Below, piece by piece: positions 1 through 12,802 of a DNA stretch of 64,000 nt. Each line of letters starts with the position of its first letter. The stretch's first letter is position 1. The stretch is from Tubulanus polymorphus (Eukaryota; Animalia; Nemertea): contig NC_134026.1 in the NCBI RefSeq assembly GCF_964204645.1, positions 17,146,150 through 17,210,149 of the forward strand. The letters run 5' to 3'. The notes under the pieces are model-generated. The model had not been told where the DNA came from. It did no database searches and saw only the letters and a program-made list of their open reading frames with translations. Made by a program: the position numbers and the translations under genes.

Positions 1-335
1 TTATTAGATTATTTAAGATTTATGAAACCGCGAGAACAGCTAGAATTAATGACGCGATATCAGAAAATGTAGTAAAAGGTTATAGTAAATTATGTAGTTA
101 TATGCTGCCAATTCAAGATGAAAATAGATTATATGCTGATTTAAAAAATGATTATTTAGTTATGACTGAATTAAATAAATGGATTGGTTATTTATCATTT
201 CAATTAGGTGGATTTATGACATTATTATCAACTGGAGTTATTACATTTTCAAATATTGAAAGTAAAAATATTTCTATAATAAATGAGCAAGGTGGAAGAA
301 GTGAAGAAAAAACCGAGAACTCAGAAACAAATTGA
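1..335 (+). CDS. Polinton conserved hypothetical protein (5'-partial)
   Basis: LYADLKNDYLVMTELNKWIGYLSFQLG..LLSTGVITFSNI matches LYSDLKNDYLVMTELQKWVGYASFQLG..LISTGVITFSNI in 57251-57775. Confidence 0.8.
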   Translation, partial: IRLFKIYETARTARINDAISENVVKGYSKLCSYMLPIQDENRLYADLKNDYLVMTELNKWIGYLSFQLGGFMTLLSTGVITFSNIESKNISIINEQGGRSEEKTENSETN

Positions 336-633
336 ATGGTCTCGGCAATTAGGAATTAAATCACAAGAATATAAAAAAGCTGTAAAAGAAAAAATAAGTA
401 ATAAAAACGGTGAAAATATTGTTATTTCTACTCCTTCTAATAATAGAATATATGATAAATGTCTATATTTTACAGTTGGATTTGTAATTGTATTCATTTT
501 GATTGGGCGTAATTGGTATAAGAAATCAAATAAAATTTATGATATTAATAATTCTGAAACAACTGCTATCAAAAATGAAAATACTTCTGAAATTCCAAAA
601 TTGACAATAAAAAAAAATGGATTAATATTTTAG
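283..633 (+). CDS. Polinton small protein with one predicted TM helix
   Basis: VKKKPRTQKQIEWSRQLG plus a hydrophobic helix; matches 56812-57180 (VKKKPRSEKQIKWARELG). Confidence 0.8.
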   Translation: MSKVEEVKKKPRTQKQIEWSRQLGIKSQEYKKAVKEKISNKNGENIVISTPSNNRIYDKCLYFTVGFVIVFILIGRNWYKKSNKIYDINNSETTAIKNENTSEIPKLTIKKNGLIF

Positions 634-676
634 ATAAAAAGCAAAAAAAATAATTTTTTTTAATTAATTGAATATC

Positions 677-703
677 ACCATGTGGGTGCCATACGGCACC
701 ATC
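677..703. repeat. 27-bp GC-rich hairpin micro-element, copy 1
   Basis: ACCATGTGGGTGCC-ATAC-GGCACCATC; absent from the homologous site at 58023-58035. Confidence 0.8.
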
Positions 704-770
704 TCACTACTTTTGTCTATCTATGCGGAGCAATTAAATTGTCCAGATAAGTCATTTCGGATTCTAGATA
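701..770 (-). ncRNA. Candidate structured cis-element, copy 1
   Basis: About 70 nt conserved with 58026-58099; stem CAAT/ATTG here versus CAGT/ACTG there. Strand is inferred. Confidence 0.45.
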
Positions 771-802
771 TTCATTATTATTATTAATTTATTTTTTTTA
801 AA

Positions 803-1117
803 TTAATCAACAATTTCTAAATCATGATGGCCATCTTCATTTTTTCCATGATAGATTATTTTAAATCCTTCTAAATCTTTTAATTCCTCTGTACTCAATG
901 AAACCCATTTATCCATACATTCTCGCGACGTACTAACATTGCAGTAGCTTAAATTAGCTCATACTTTCTCTCCATATTTAGTTTTTATCTTTTCTAATTT
1001 CAATATTTTATGTTCAATTTCTTTTGTAACATCAACTAACTTTTTTATTTCAAATTGTTTTTTTGCTGGTTTTATTCTGTTATTTATTGTTGCTAAGAAT
1101 GCTTTTCTATCTCCCAT
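803..1117 (-). pseudogene. Polinton hypothetical protein, frameshifted
   Basis: C-terminus IIYHGKNEDGHHDLEIVD resembles FVYKGKNEKGHHEIDFE, and KYGEKV resembles NYGDKL, of the gene at 47098-47455. Confidence 0.65.
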
Positions 1118-1424
1118 TTATAAGGAAAATAAATTACTTGTGGTGATGAGTGGTGTCTCGTACTCTCGTACTCTGGTATGAAAACGCCATTTCCTAATTA
1201 CTTAGGTCTTCGTTTTAGTCATGCATAGTATTAGTTTTACGTTGTGTTTTACTACAGACAACATTATAAAATACATGACATCCAACTCTCAGATATCACG
1301 CGTATCGGTCTTATCATTACGGTCCCAAGATGAGATCCGACTCGAGCGGAGTGTTTAGTATTGGTAGAAGAATAGAATCGTAAACATTTATTGGTGAAAA
1401 TAATGTATTAGCCACGACAACGCA

Positions 1425-1606
1425 GCAAATCGAATATAATAGAAATCGCACATTTATAGATGAAAACTTCGTTCTGTTCGTCGTAAATACGTACGGGATA
1501 GTCGTAACTGGAGTTTCCCCGAAGTGATTACATGAATAATTCCATGTTTGAAGTAAATTTTGTAAAAGCGCATAGGAATTCGTTTCAGTCATGTATAGTT
1601 TTAGTT
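1425..1606 (+). repeat. Unclassified interspersed repeat; uninterrupted paralog of the Kolobok-1 target
   Basis: Matches ~4081-4200 joined to 9837-~9886. The motif GGTCTTCGTTTTAGTCATGCATAGT also occurs at ~1205, ~9855 and inverted at ~1953-1984. Confidence 0.75.
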
Positions 1607-1930
1607 CATCCTCGCTTGCCAGGGGTCTGGTATCACTCCCGAACTCGCTTCCACCAGCCCCTGGCCTCACGAAGCGTGATTCCATTACTGGCGCTGTTGC
1701 GCATGAAGTCACACATCGATTTGTTAAATACTTCCTAGTTCGGTAAAACGTTCGCTGATTGGTCCATTTAACGGGAAAACCAACAGAAGCCCAATGTCGT
1801 TTGTTACAAGCGCTGTGATTGGTACGACTGGATTCTGGTCGGCTCGTAACGACTCCAACGACTCGTGAGGTCAAGGGGTTCGGGGAACAGCTTTAGCGTA
1901 GTGGGTTCGAATCCCTTGACGGGTGAAGAT
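1607..1930 (+). mobile_element. Non-autonomous ~325-bp DNA element, copy 1
   Basis: Highly similar to 15245-15570; imperfect TIR CATCCTCGCTTGCCAGGGG / CCCTTGACGGGTGAAGAT(G); degenerate flanking duplication TAGTTTTAGTT / TAGTTTTAATT. Confidence 0.75.
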
Positions 1931-3164
1931 TAGTTTTAATTGTGTGGGTGTTACTAAAACTATGCACTACTAAAACGAAGACATACGCACCCAGTTCAAT
2001 TTTGGTTAATGGCGAGTAATTTATCAGTCACAACGCGTACTCCCTCGTACTACAGTGGACTTCAATCGATCAGGAACGTAGTATGATGACAGTTTACATT
2101 ATGAGAATGCCGGTTTGCTAGTGTATCTATTCAAAACCCGTATTGCTCGGGTTAGTTTTACTACCAACGGGTGGCGCTGTATGTAAATTTCACATAAATC
2201 AACGACTTTCGGCTATTAGCGGTACTTAAGAGCACTTGAAAACATCATAGTCAATTACGGTAGTAGTGAAAATAAAAAGATACAGTACCAAGATACAGTA
2301 CGGTGTACAGTTAGGGACATGATTCAAGAACCATAGCACCCATACCAGAGACATTTTATACAGACTGTTAGTTAAACACAATTCTTCATTTCCATTAATT
2401 AATGATCTGTTGAATTAATTAGTAATTTAGTTTTTCGGTGTTCGAGATAAAATGCCGGCAAAATAAGAACCTAACGAACCAGGGCTGACCACAGTCAAAT
2501 TGCCCAACAGATAAATTTTCGAAACGACACAATCCAATCATGTTTGATATCAAATATCTCGTGCCCTGGACCTCGTCTATTAACTGGCCAATGCATGACC
2601 AGTACTTGCCATATAGTATATTATTTGTTTTGCAATCAATAAAGTTGTTTGGTGTCAAATAACTAGATATGATTTGGATATTAATCTAAAAATTGTTTAA
2701 CTGACCAATGCTTGACCAGTACAGACCAGTTACCAGTGCTAACCAGAGCCCACCATAAGTAAATTATGCGTTTAATGATTAATTGCGCAGATAGTTTGAA
2801 AGACGGGTGTTAGTCACTTTGTGATTTAATTGTTTTTTAAGCATCGATTAATTAATCTTATCATAACTTATTTGTAGGCGCTTCCCACAAACATTTTCTA
2901 TTCGTTGAGTTTTCAAACGCAGTACTGTTCAGATGATTTTCGTCAAGCTTGGAGTCAAGTAGTAAAAAAGTTTATGTATTAGCTTTACTATGCAGTGAAA
3001 ATAACGCACTGCGGCAAGTGAGGTGCTGTGATCCAGATGTGTAACCTATTTATGGGTAATATATTTCCATCATGTCAACGCCATTCACAAACAGTAGCAA
3101 GACATACTGCTGGGCTCTAGAAATAGTAATACGACGACAAGCACTTTTCGAATTCGACCACGAT

Positions 3165-3545
3165 ATTCGAGAAGTTTCAATTGGGCAGTGGTGGTCAGTG
3201 ATGGTCACTTTATGAATTTTCAATGGCGAATCCTTTCTTGTTTCACCAAATGCGGTACCGGTATATCGTTATTTCAAGATGTTTCAATTGGTCAGTGGTG
3301 GTCAGTGATGGTCAATTTATGAATTTCCAATGGCGAATCCTTTCTTGTTTCATACCAAACGCTGTACCGGTATATCGTTCTCACATTCGAGAAGCTAAAG
3401 TTGGTCAGTGGTGGTCAGTGATAGTCAATTTATTAAATTTTCGATGGCGAATCCTTTCTAGTTTGACACCATAACGCGGTATTTCGTTCTCATATTCGAG
3501 AAATTTGAATTGGTCAGTGGTGGTCAGTGATGAATTTGCAATGAT
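3165..3545 (+). repeat. Tandem repeat, ~110-bp unit, about 3.5 copies
   Basis: CAGTGGTGGTCAGTGAT recurs at ~3186, 3293, 3406 and 3514; the first three are followed by ATGGCGAATCCTTTCT. Confidence 0.85.
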
Positions 3546-4484
3546 GATTCATTAGTAGTTTGTAAACAAACGTGACTTGAAAAATTTCCGAAATTCGTGT
3601 GTTAAAGTGTTCAGACTCGGGGATATCTCAATTATTGGTCAGTTACTGACCATCATGGTGTCAACATTGTGGTATATAGCTCAAATGAAACACGTGGAAC
3701 CGATAAAGTGGTGTGATCCAAAAATGCCATAACTGGAAAAGGCCGTCTCAGTCTCAATTGGACGAAATCAAATCGACCAGGAAAATTTAAATCTGGGAAG
3801 GCTACAGGCAGTGGTCTTTCTACGAAGCCCTTGCGGTATAGCGTATTGGTATTATGACATCTTTTTTGTACCACATCAAGTAATAAGCATCGTTGTAAGC
3901 ACTTGAAACACCCATTAACCACTTGAAACTGTCAGATCAAACATCATACCGCATCCCTGCAAAAAGGGGTAGTTCAGCAAACCGGAGCTTTCATTTGACT
4001 ATCGAGACTATCCCGCCAGTACGGGTAGTCGAGCAAACCAGAAAACTCATAATGTGTACCATTCAAATCAAATATGTTCAAATCGCAGATTTATAGATGA
4101 AAACTTCATTTCATTCGTCGTAAATACGTACATTTGTCGGTATAGTCGTAGCTGGTGCTTCTCCGAAGTGGTTACATGCATAATTCCATGTTTGAATTAA
4201 AGGGTAAGTGACACTTTTATTTTTATTTCAAAATTCGATAAGTTCTATCGAACTTAGGAAGACTTTGAAATAGTTCTGTTCAAAAATGTGTAGTTTCCGC
4301 GAAAATCGTGATTTTGTAAGACAATTTTTGACCTCATTTCGTTGTATACATCGCGTTAGAAATCATCGGCAATTTCCGTCGATCTCCGGCGCTGTGACGT
4401 CAATAAAGTGAGCACTGAAAATTCTCTTCTATGAGATAACGTTGCGTTTTTACTACTCGGCGTGTTTTCACTGCTTTTTCTCAA

Positions 4485-7400
4485 ATGCCAAATCGTTGTG
4501 TTTGCTTTGGGTGCGATTATTCGGATAGGGGTATATTATTTTTTCCGAAGAATCCTGTTCTTCGAGAAAAATGGGCTTCTTTTGTAGGTTTAAAGCGATT
4601 GAATTGGAGCGGCCCAACGTCGAATAGCGTCGTGTGTTACCGGCATTTTACCAACGATGATTTCGTTAATAAAATGCAGTATGATGCACAATTTGCAAAG
4701 AGGTAAGTTTCATTCAGTCATCTTAACATTTATTCGAGACATGGTTTGAGAATAATTATTGTATGGGCTTGAAAATCACTGTTAAAAGGGTCGCATTTTC
4801 AAGTCCAATTCAAATCAATAAAATTTATTTTTTCCACGCGCGGTATCCAATTCATAATTTTTTATGTCAAAATGCCGTTTAACTTTTGTTTGCTAAGCGT
4901 GATTGTAAAACCATGCCTTCTAGGTCAGCTTACATCGTGTGACAATAGAAACATCTTTTCATTGAACTACTACTATAGGCCACAGTGCATTGGCCATCGT
5001 ACAATAGGCTTTTATTGTCATTGTGAGTGCCTTACTTCACTCACTAACTACAATAACAAAATGAATATTTCACGAGCCTTGTGAATTAACGGTTGCCTTT
5101 TGCTTGAAATAGATTGTTGCTGAAACAAGGAGCCGTGCCATCGATCCACACTGTGATAGAAACCCCTGAATCTACATCTCAACCAGAGGATTTCTTCTCG
5201 CCACCACGAAAGCCTGGACGAAAAGTGTTTGAGAAGAGGGAGAGACGGCGAGTCATTGCTGAGACTGAGAGCCAGGTTTTGCATAATCTTCAACCAAATT
5301 TGGTAGAAGATTATGCAAAACCTGGTGAAGATGACGGCGGGGAAGTGTATGCGGAACCCGGTATCAAATCAGAGTTCGAGGCGACAAGAGAATTTGCTGT
5401 GCAGGCTGAACCGGATTGTAAATCTCGAGGTAGGATTTTCATGATGGTATGGTGTATCATTGTCATTCAGTTTTGAATATATCACTGTAATCATTGAATT
5501 TCATGTTATTTAATGATAATTTTTTCTAGGGATGCAAACGCTGAAAGAAACTGCACAGGTGAAGACCAAAATTGTGTACCGCATCAAACCTAAGATTATC
5601 TACAGAACGCCATTTAAGGCTCAGCGTTCAGTTGGAATCCAGGAAAATGCATTGAGTGAGTATTCTTTATTCAGTCTATATCGTATTATGGTACGGCTTG
5701 TATTATGGGGTTTTTTATGATATCATCTATTCTCCCTATCTATTTAATCCTACTACTGTGATTGGTCTGTTTTAGCCCGAAACATTGGTATTCAATGTAA
5801 GCGACCTGCTGAAGAACTTACAAATACCTCAAAAGCCATTTGTATTGGAGAAGAATCAGATTTAGGGAGTGACAGTGAAGATGATGACTATCATCCAGAT
5901 TCGGCAGAAGAGTCAGAGATGGACAGTGGCTCTGAGGATGATTCTGAAGGCAGAGTTATGTTTGAAGAAATGAGGTTAGTAAAGTATAATATTTTAATCA
6001 TGAATGATATTTTCCTTTCTTTTGTATAAAACTTCATTTATCATTGCAGTGATGAATCGGATAAGTCGTATAAAGACCAAACCAAGATTATTGTGTTCCA
6101 GTCAGCAATTCTGCAGCTGTTACAATACTGCCGGCGCTGTGGAAGAGAGAACCAAGTTTGGAAGAGGCACAGAGGAACAATGTTGACTGTCAGAACAGAT
6201 TGTTTGAATTGTGGTGAAACTACTGAATGGTCCAGCCAACCAACAGTTGCTCGAGGAATTCCTATATTGGATGTTTTAGTAAGTGCCATGGTTCTTTTAA
6301 CAGGAAGTTTGCCCACAAAAGTTTTTCGACTGTTCAAGTAAGTTGCAGTAAAAACAATACTTTCAGTCTAATCAAACATAATTTTTTAAAGTTATAAATG
6401 TAATGGTCAATCCAATTTCAGTTTCATGAATATAAAGGCTCAGAGTACCAGGACATATTTCCGGTACCAGAAAAACTATCTTCACGATGCTGTTTCATCT
6501 GTGTGGGAAGCAAGTAGATCGGCACTTGTCAACAAATTACCAGGGCCACGATTGCTTGCTGGTGATGGACGTTGCGATTCTATGGGTCATTCTGCTAAAT
6601 TTGGAAGTTACACTCTGATGGATTTAATAACTAACAAAGTGATCGCGTTTCAACTTGTTCAGGTATGTCAGAACCATAAAATCTTGCTTTTTCCTGAATT
6701 TAAAACAGAGAAAGGTTTACGTCTATCTTTGTTATTGATTTTTATAGTCGAATGAGGTAAAGAATTCAAATGCAATGGAATTGGAAGGCTTAAAGCGTTG
6801 CCGAATACAGATAGGAAACCTGTAAGTGATGGCATTTATTTCGGATATGCACATTCAAATTACTAAATGGACAAGGGAAGTTTGGAATGTAGCTCACTAT
6901 TATGACTGCTGGCACGTTGTTAAAAGTAAGTTCAAAAATTCTTTGTGTAGAATTTACATATCACTCACGGAATCAAAAATGAGACGAAATACTAATTTTT
7001 CATTTCAAGGTATAACTAAGAAACTAGAAATAATGTCAAGGAAAAAGGAATGTGAAGAAATCAAGGATTGGATAAAGTCAATAAAATGTCATTTGTACTG
7101 GTGCGCTGCATCATCATCACCCGGGGATAAAGAAGGCATCAGTAAAAAATGGTCATCAGCAGTCACACACATCCAAGACAATCATGAAGACTGCAGCCAT
7201 GAACCCATAACATCAGAAAAGAAATGGCTTTATCCAGGTAAGATATTATCTATTGCAACTACTGAATCAGAAATTATATCTAATTTCATGTGATGAAACA
7301 TTTGATGTACTATTTACAGGATCTTTGGTTGGTGATTCTATGCAAAAATATCTGACGAATACACGGGTTATAAATAAAGTGAAGATGATGTCACCATACG

Positions 7401-7979
7401 GCCAGACCAGTAAACTGGAGTGTCTTCACAGTTTATTCAATCATTTTGCCCCGAAGATGATTCAGTTTTCTTACAATGGAATGACAAGCAGGTAAGCAAA
7501 GTATATAACAATTGAGTGATTTCTATTTTTTCATACATATGTCCCTGCTAAGACTTATATCAATGTCTTATGTCTTCTCTTAGGTTACAAATAGCTGCCC
7601 TACATTTCAATGAGAATAGTGACAGAATACAAGGCACAAAGATTGATGGGACAAAAAAATATAGCATTGTCTATCCAAAATACAAGGACACCCACACATT
7701 ACGAAAACTACTCACTGATGCCACTTATGGTGAATATTAAAGTCATTAACTAAACTTATGTAAATAATTCATTACCAAACACATTGTTGGCTAACAGTGT
7801 TTTTTATTTCAGAATATGTCGACATTTGCTGGAACAAGATACTCGAGGACGTGGAAGAAGCAGATAGGCCGAGGAAAATAATCACAGTACCACCAAATCT
7901 CACATCAAACAAAGAAAAAATCACCAAAGAGGAAGCCATCGCAATGCACAGGACAAGATTCAAAAAAACTAATAGATGA
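4485..7979 (+). pseudogene. Spliced Kolobok THAP-DDE transposase (one in-frame stop at 6823-6825)
   Basis: THAP exon (MPNRCVCFGC..FP..W..VCYRHF..AVPSI), CxxC..CxxCG zinc motif, GDGRCDSMGHSAKFGSY, SDMH, YDCWH, QTSKLECLHS..NHFAPK; GT-AG introns. Confidence 0.88.
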
Positions 7980-8657
7980 TTGAATGGTAAGTCTCTTGAC
8001 ATTTGTATTGAAGGTATAATTTCATTTAAAATTGTAATACATGCACATGAAAACATGACAATTATATTGATTTTCTTAAAAAATACATTCTTTTTAGGTC
8101 TGCGGAAAAATGATGACCCGAAGTGATGATTTAATTCGAAAAATAATGTACGAAGAAATATATTTGAAATTTGGCCGTTCAAAGATACCGAGTACGTTTT
8201 ATTTCAACATCAGGAATCATGATATATCTTGTATTCGTTTTATAATTCAACCTAAAATATTTTTCATGTCTTTTTCAGGTGATAAAGACAAAATATCTAC
8301 ATTTGCATGGGAAGATTAATGGTGAAACTACAAGTCTAAGTGAAAGTTGTAGACACCAGTTCACTCAATAAATGATCTGTAGAAAATTGATAGGAAACTG
8401 AAAATAAAATTATTGATCTGCTTAAGCATAACAAAACTGCTCCTTACTTGAACAATTAATTGCGATCAGATGTTTAAATTAGAACTCAATGGATTGAAAG
8501 CAAAACGTTTTATACATTATAAATATGCAATAAAATTTATATTTTATATCTAAGCGATGTCATTGTTTTATTAAAATATCTGTAAGAAAAGCACAAGTTA
8601 AAAAGAATATATAAACATCGTTAGAATTTTTAAGTTGAATTCTTCTATTTTAATTCA

Positions 8658-9607
8658 TTATGGTCCATCAATCGACACATTACGAAATCCTTTATATACA
8701 TGGTCCTCCTCATAACCGTCCTCAGGGAAATGTGCGCGGATGCACGAAACGACACAAGCAGGCAAAATTCTCCTATTCTCCTTGCCCAAATATCCCCAAC
8801 ACCACCGAACAAATGATCTGTATGCTACATGTCTTAATTTCGCATTTGCTGGCCCTTCAAAACTTTTCCGTCCGTACTGCCGTTTGAATTCGGTCCACAT
8901 CAGCTGCAGGACCCAAGGGTTCAAACAGATCGAAGCGAAAGCTGCTGTGTCCGTCATGCAGGTCTCTTCATTTTGTCCGGACTCCTCCCAAACCCATTCC
9001 AGTCTTCTTTTCACGACATCAATCTCCATACAGCACACACACTCTTGCTCCGTCTCTAAGATCTGACAGTGTCCACATTGGCACCTAACAAGATTATCCA
9101 TAAAAATATGTTTAAGGTATGGATATAGGTATCTACTTGTTGTAAGCCTATGCTGATGCAATGCAGTGCAAGAATAGTCCAGCAGTGCCAGCACAACGAC
9201 GTTGAATCGCACTGAGCTTTTGAAACGAACATGATAAGATTCTCTCAACTTCGCCAACAAAGCTCAAAAACCTATAATTAAATCTACGGCTTAATGAATC
9301 TTAAAATATATATTTTTAAGTTAATTGTTATATGAACATACCACTGATTCAGATTATCCAGCTCCAAACGGTTTATTCGGCCTTCGTCGTCGTCTCCCTC
9401 TGCCTCCGGTCTGGGTCCATCGCCGTTTCGCTTCGGTTCTGCCTCTGGTTCGTATAAATACGGCCCGATCATTAATTCCTCTTCGTCACTTGTTTCCTGC
9501 CATTCAAAATCACTAAGCGATTCATCTGAATTTGATGCCGAAGTGGCATTAAATTCAGATGAATCGCTCCCATTGTCCGATTCTCTATTCATTTCTATAG
9601 ACGCCAT
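8658..9607 (-). CDS. KolX protein (P2X7 ballast/Nanor-like Cys-rich domain), 2 exons
   Basis: Acidic N-terminus with PYLYEP; intron after the split W codon; then CQCGHC..ECVCCME, CL.PWVL, RHVAYRSFVRWCWGYLG..R.ILPACVV..IR..FP..Y.GF. Confidence 0.88.
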
Positions 9608-12600
9608 TATTGAGTCGCTGCCTTTAATGACGTAGTTCTATAAATAGCCCGCAGTACACGTGTTTTTCCGGAACGATGTAAACAAAACGAGGCGCGCGAA
9701 AATCAAAATCATCAAATATCATTATAAATTGAAATTTTTTCCGATCTTTCAAATTGTCAATCTCAATAGTATACTATAATGAATCATTTTATTCCAAAAG
9801 TAGAAAATTCTTGAAAAAGTGTCAGTTACCCTTTAAGTTTTGTAAAAGTGCATAGGTCTTCGTTTTAGTCATGCATAGTTTTAGTTTAGCAAATCGAATA
9901 TAATAGAAATCGCACATTTATAGAGCTGTTTTACATGATTGTGCCCACAGCTTAGGCCTACTGTAATTATATTAAGCCAATCAGATTCGCTTTTTCATTT
10001 TAGCCCTTTTTATTCCATTCATCCATGAAATTTTCGTCGGCAATGATACAACAGTAAACTTGTAACAAACCAGTGTGTAACAGGGTTCGTGCTGTAGCTG
10101 AGTCTAGTTATGCCATTGCAGTTTAGCTTAAAATATTCATATGAAATTTATCCGGATTTTCAGCTTTTCTGCTAGAATTCAAAGTCCCAATCACATTCAA
10201 TGTATTTTCTTCATTTTTATCATTAATCGTGTACAATAAATCAATACATCTGTGAGTTTGCCCGCCCCACAGTTTTTTTGGAGTATGCTCACTTCAATAT
10301 TTTGTCAGTTTGGTTTGTGTGCGATGTAAGATTCACGTAGGCCCCTATTTTCTCTGATGAAACGTTCTTTGGCGGCGGTAACTAGTGCCTTCATCATACT
10401 CCATCTCTCCATAGCTGCCTAGCCTAAACAATTACCGGTGTACAGTTTTCCTTTGACCTAGCCTCGATTTTCATGCCAGTCATAGGCAATGGAGTGAATT
10501 TAAATGCTGTAGTTTTCACATGGAAGGATTTCCAATTGAACGTATAAATCATACTTTGAGCATTATCCATTCTCAAATTTCAAAGTAGGCTATCCGAATT
10601 TTGAAAATGGACCTCGTTTAAATTTTTATCGGTTTTTTGAAAATCTGATTGCAAAATAGCAGATTTTAAGAGCCAGTCAGAGGGCAAAGTCTCCATCTAG
10701 AATCTGCAGAAATCAGCAGTGTTTCACGTGACCCTGTGGTATCGGCTACTGTTTTTACTTCAGGATTTTATTTTTAAATTAAAAATTGAATCCCAAGATC
10801 GATTCCTGTAAAATCCTGATTTGGTTTTTGGGAGTTCTTAAATGCACTACAAAAATATCGCAGACAATTGTGCAAGGGTTGGGAAAAATTGCTTTGTATC
10901 AAATCGGCGATAGGCATGGATGGCCTTGATGTGCTCATTAGTCAAGGTGCTTGTATTGCAAATGCAATCAGATTCTATGCAAGGGAAAATCCAATCCAAT
11001 TTTATTTTATTGAACAAAACCTCATCCATTCCGAATTTCCTTTCATTACATTCAAATAAATGAGATGAAGGAAGAAGTTTGATCTGAAGTATTAGTTGCT
11101 GCCATCTTCCTGTCAATGTTACTTGAAAAAAAGATTATTGTACTGTGTAAATTTCATGTGAGCTGATTAATATTATGTTAATATGAACAAGAAAGAAATT
11201 CTAGAAATGGGCTTGCTGACATGGTTGTACTGAAAGCTGGCTTGGTGGTTTTGTATTTCTGTAGTAGAATTAATCGAACTTTGAACTGATTATTTTTAAA
11301 GAGCCAAGAGATCGGTGTTGTCGGTGTTACATCACTACATGAAATGTTACACACGGGGACTGGGAATCGGAATGGTTTTATTGTAGACGTGGACCAAGTT
11401 AGTGCAAGCTTTTGGATAGTTGTTATTTGAATATTGTATTGTTGATAATTGCTAGATTACTTATCGGATTGTGTTGAAATGATTTTGCATAGAAACATTT
11501 ACAACTGAAAGAAAAAGTGACTAACTCGAGTGACTTCAGGTGAAGAGAAGCGAACACGAAAATAGATAGGAGCCACGATTTTTCTTTTTGAAATAATAAA
11601 GACATTAAGCAAGAATAAGTTGCACTTCCTTCAAATGACAATCCACTACGATCATCCGATTAAGTTTATTGCCACCATAGACTACCGCCCCCTGGCTCTT
11701 TGGAGACAGGGAACCAGTCTTCAATTCAATTCAGAATCTATTTTACCAAAAAGCGGTTTTTAAGTTTTAGATATTTAAACTGAAAAAATATAGATGTTCA
11801 TACAGAGATATTTCAAATAGCCGCTAACGCAAGCACCCAATGAAAGTAAAAGAAAAAGAAAATTAAAATAATTTTTCAAAAACGTGAAAGTAAATATTTT
11901 ATTGTGAAATTTTAATTGTGTCAATAAAGAATGAATTGAATTGTCGACAGCACTATGCCGCGCATGAATACCAATTTCAAGACTGATCACGCACGCTCAA
12001 CCAAGGTTGGTATGCGCTGCTGAAATAACAAAAACGAATAAACAAAATCATAAAACAATGAAAACGACAACGGATATAGCCAATATACGAAAGGAACCTA
12101 GATTTTATTACTGCATTAAATGTGTGTAAATATCAGACCCCAAGAAAGTTTCTAACGAAAGTTATCGACTCCCCAAGCAAGTTATCAATCCGTGTGATAG
12201 CAATATGGGCTTGCAAGCATGCAAGCCCACGAAAATCCATTGCATTGCGATTCACAAAAGAATATTACTGGCTAAAGTGCCCCGTGGGGCCGATGTGTCT
12301 TATTATTGCATCAATGAAGTCAATTTCAGATTAAAAAATCCTTATATTATATAAATGATAATGAATAATCATAAATCAAGTTTTATTTTTACAAATCAAT
12401 TCAACTCGTTTAAAATCTCATAGGGCTTAGAGAATTTTGAAATGAAAAACAAAGTATCGTAATCGATGCCATATGCTGTGTTATATGCAGACTGAGGCAA
12501 TCAATTCAGTACTTAAGTAAGGCCACACAAAGAAATACCCTAGTTTCTCGTCAGATTATCATTTTTTTCCTGGAAACTGAAAGTGACGAGGCCTGGCAAA

Positions 12601-12802
12601 TTTAATTTTTTTTTGCTTTTTGAAATAAAAAAGGTGAACTAAAAAGGGAAGTTTTAAATGCAAAAAAACTATTCAACTTTAAGGAGCTCCCTAAACCTAT
12701 AAAATCAAGTATATGATACATTTAATTGAAACTGAGACAATCATTTTCGGTATTTTCACGCTTCCTCGAAATGAAGTACGATGAAAGGAACCTGCCGCTG
12801 TT

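Larger units (their letters stand above)
1..1135. mobile_element. Fragment of a Polinton/Maverick (element A), truncated at right and continuing left of the window
   Basis: Three ORFs are homologous to genes of the Polinton at 36140-60815 (57251-57775, 56812-57180, 47098-47455). Very AT-rich, intronless, TAAATG starts. No TIR seen. Confidence 0.85.
4201..9832 (+). mobile_element. Kolobok DNA transposon 1
   Basis: TTAA TSD (4197-4200, 9833-9836); TIR AGGGTAAGTGACACTTTT / AAAAGTGTCAGTTACCCT (17/18); convergent transposase and KolX genes. Confidence 0.93.

Noticed and set aside
701-770. SECIS element (minus-strand AUGAC..AGAC)
   Set aside because: Helix geometry does not fit cleanly, the apical AA is not shared by both copies, and no upstream Sec-type ORF is evident.
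1890-1916. tRNA gene
   Set aside because: A and B boxes are fused; no anticodon arm or acceptor stem.
8658-9260. Host P2X7 receptor gene
   Set aside because: Only the ballast-like domain is present, with no channel domain, and it lies inside Kolobok TIRs.
9930-12780. Short ORFs (e.g. 10847-11116) as host exons
   Set aside because: No recognisable domain or consistent splice chain; left unannotated.
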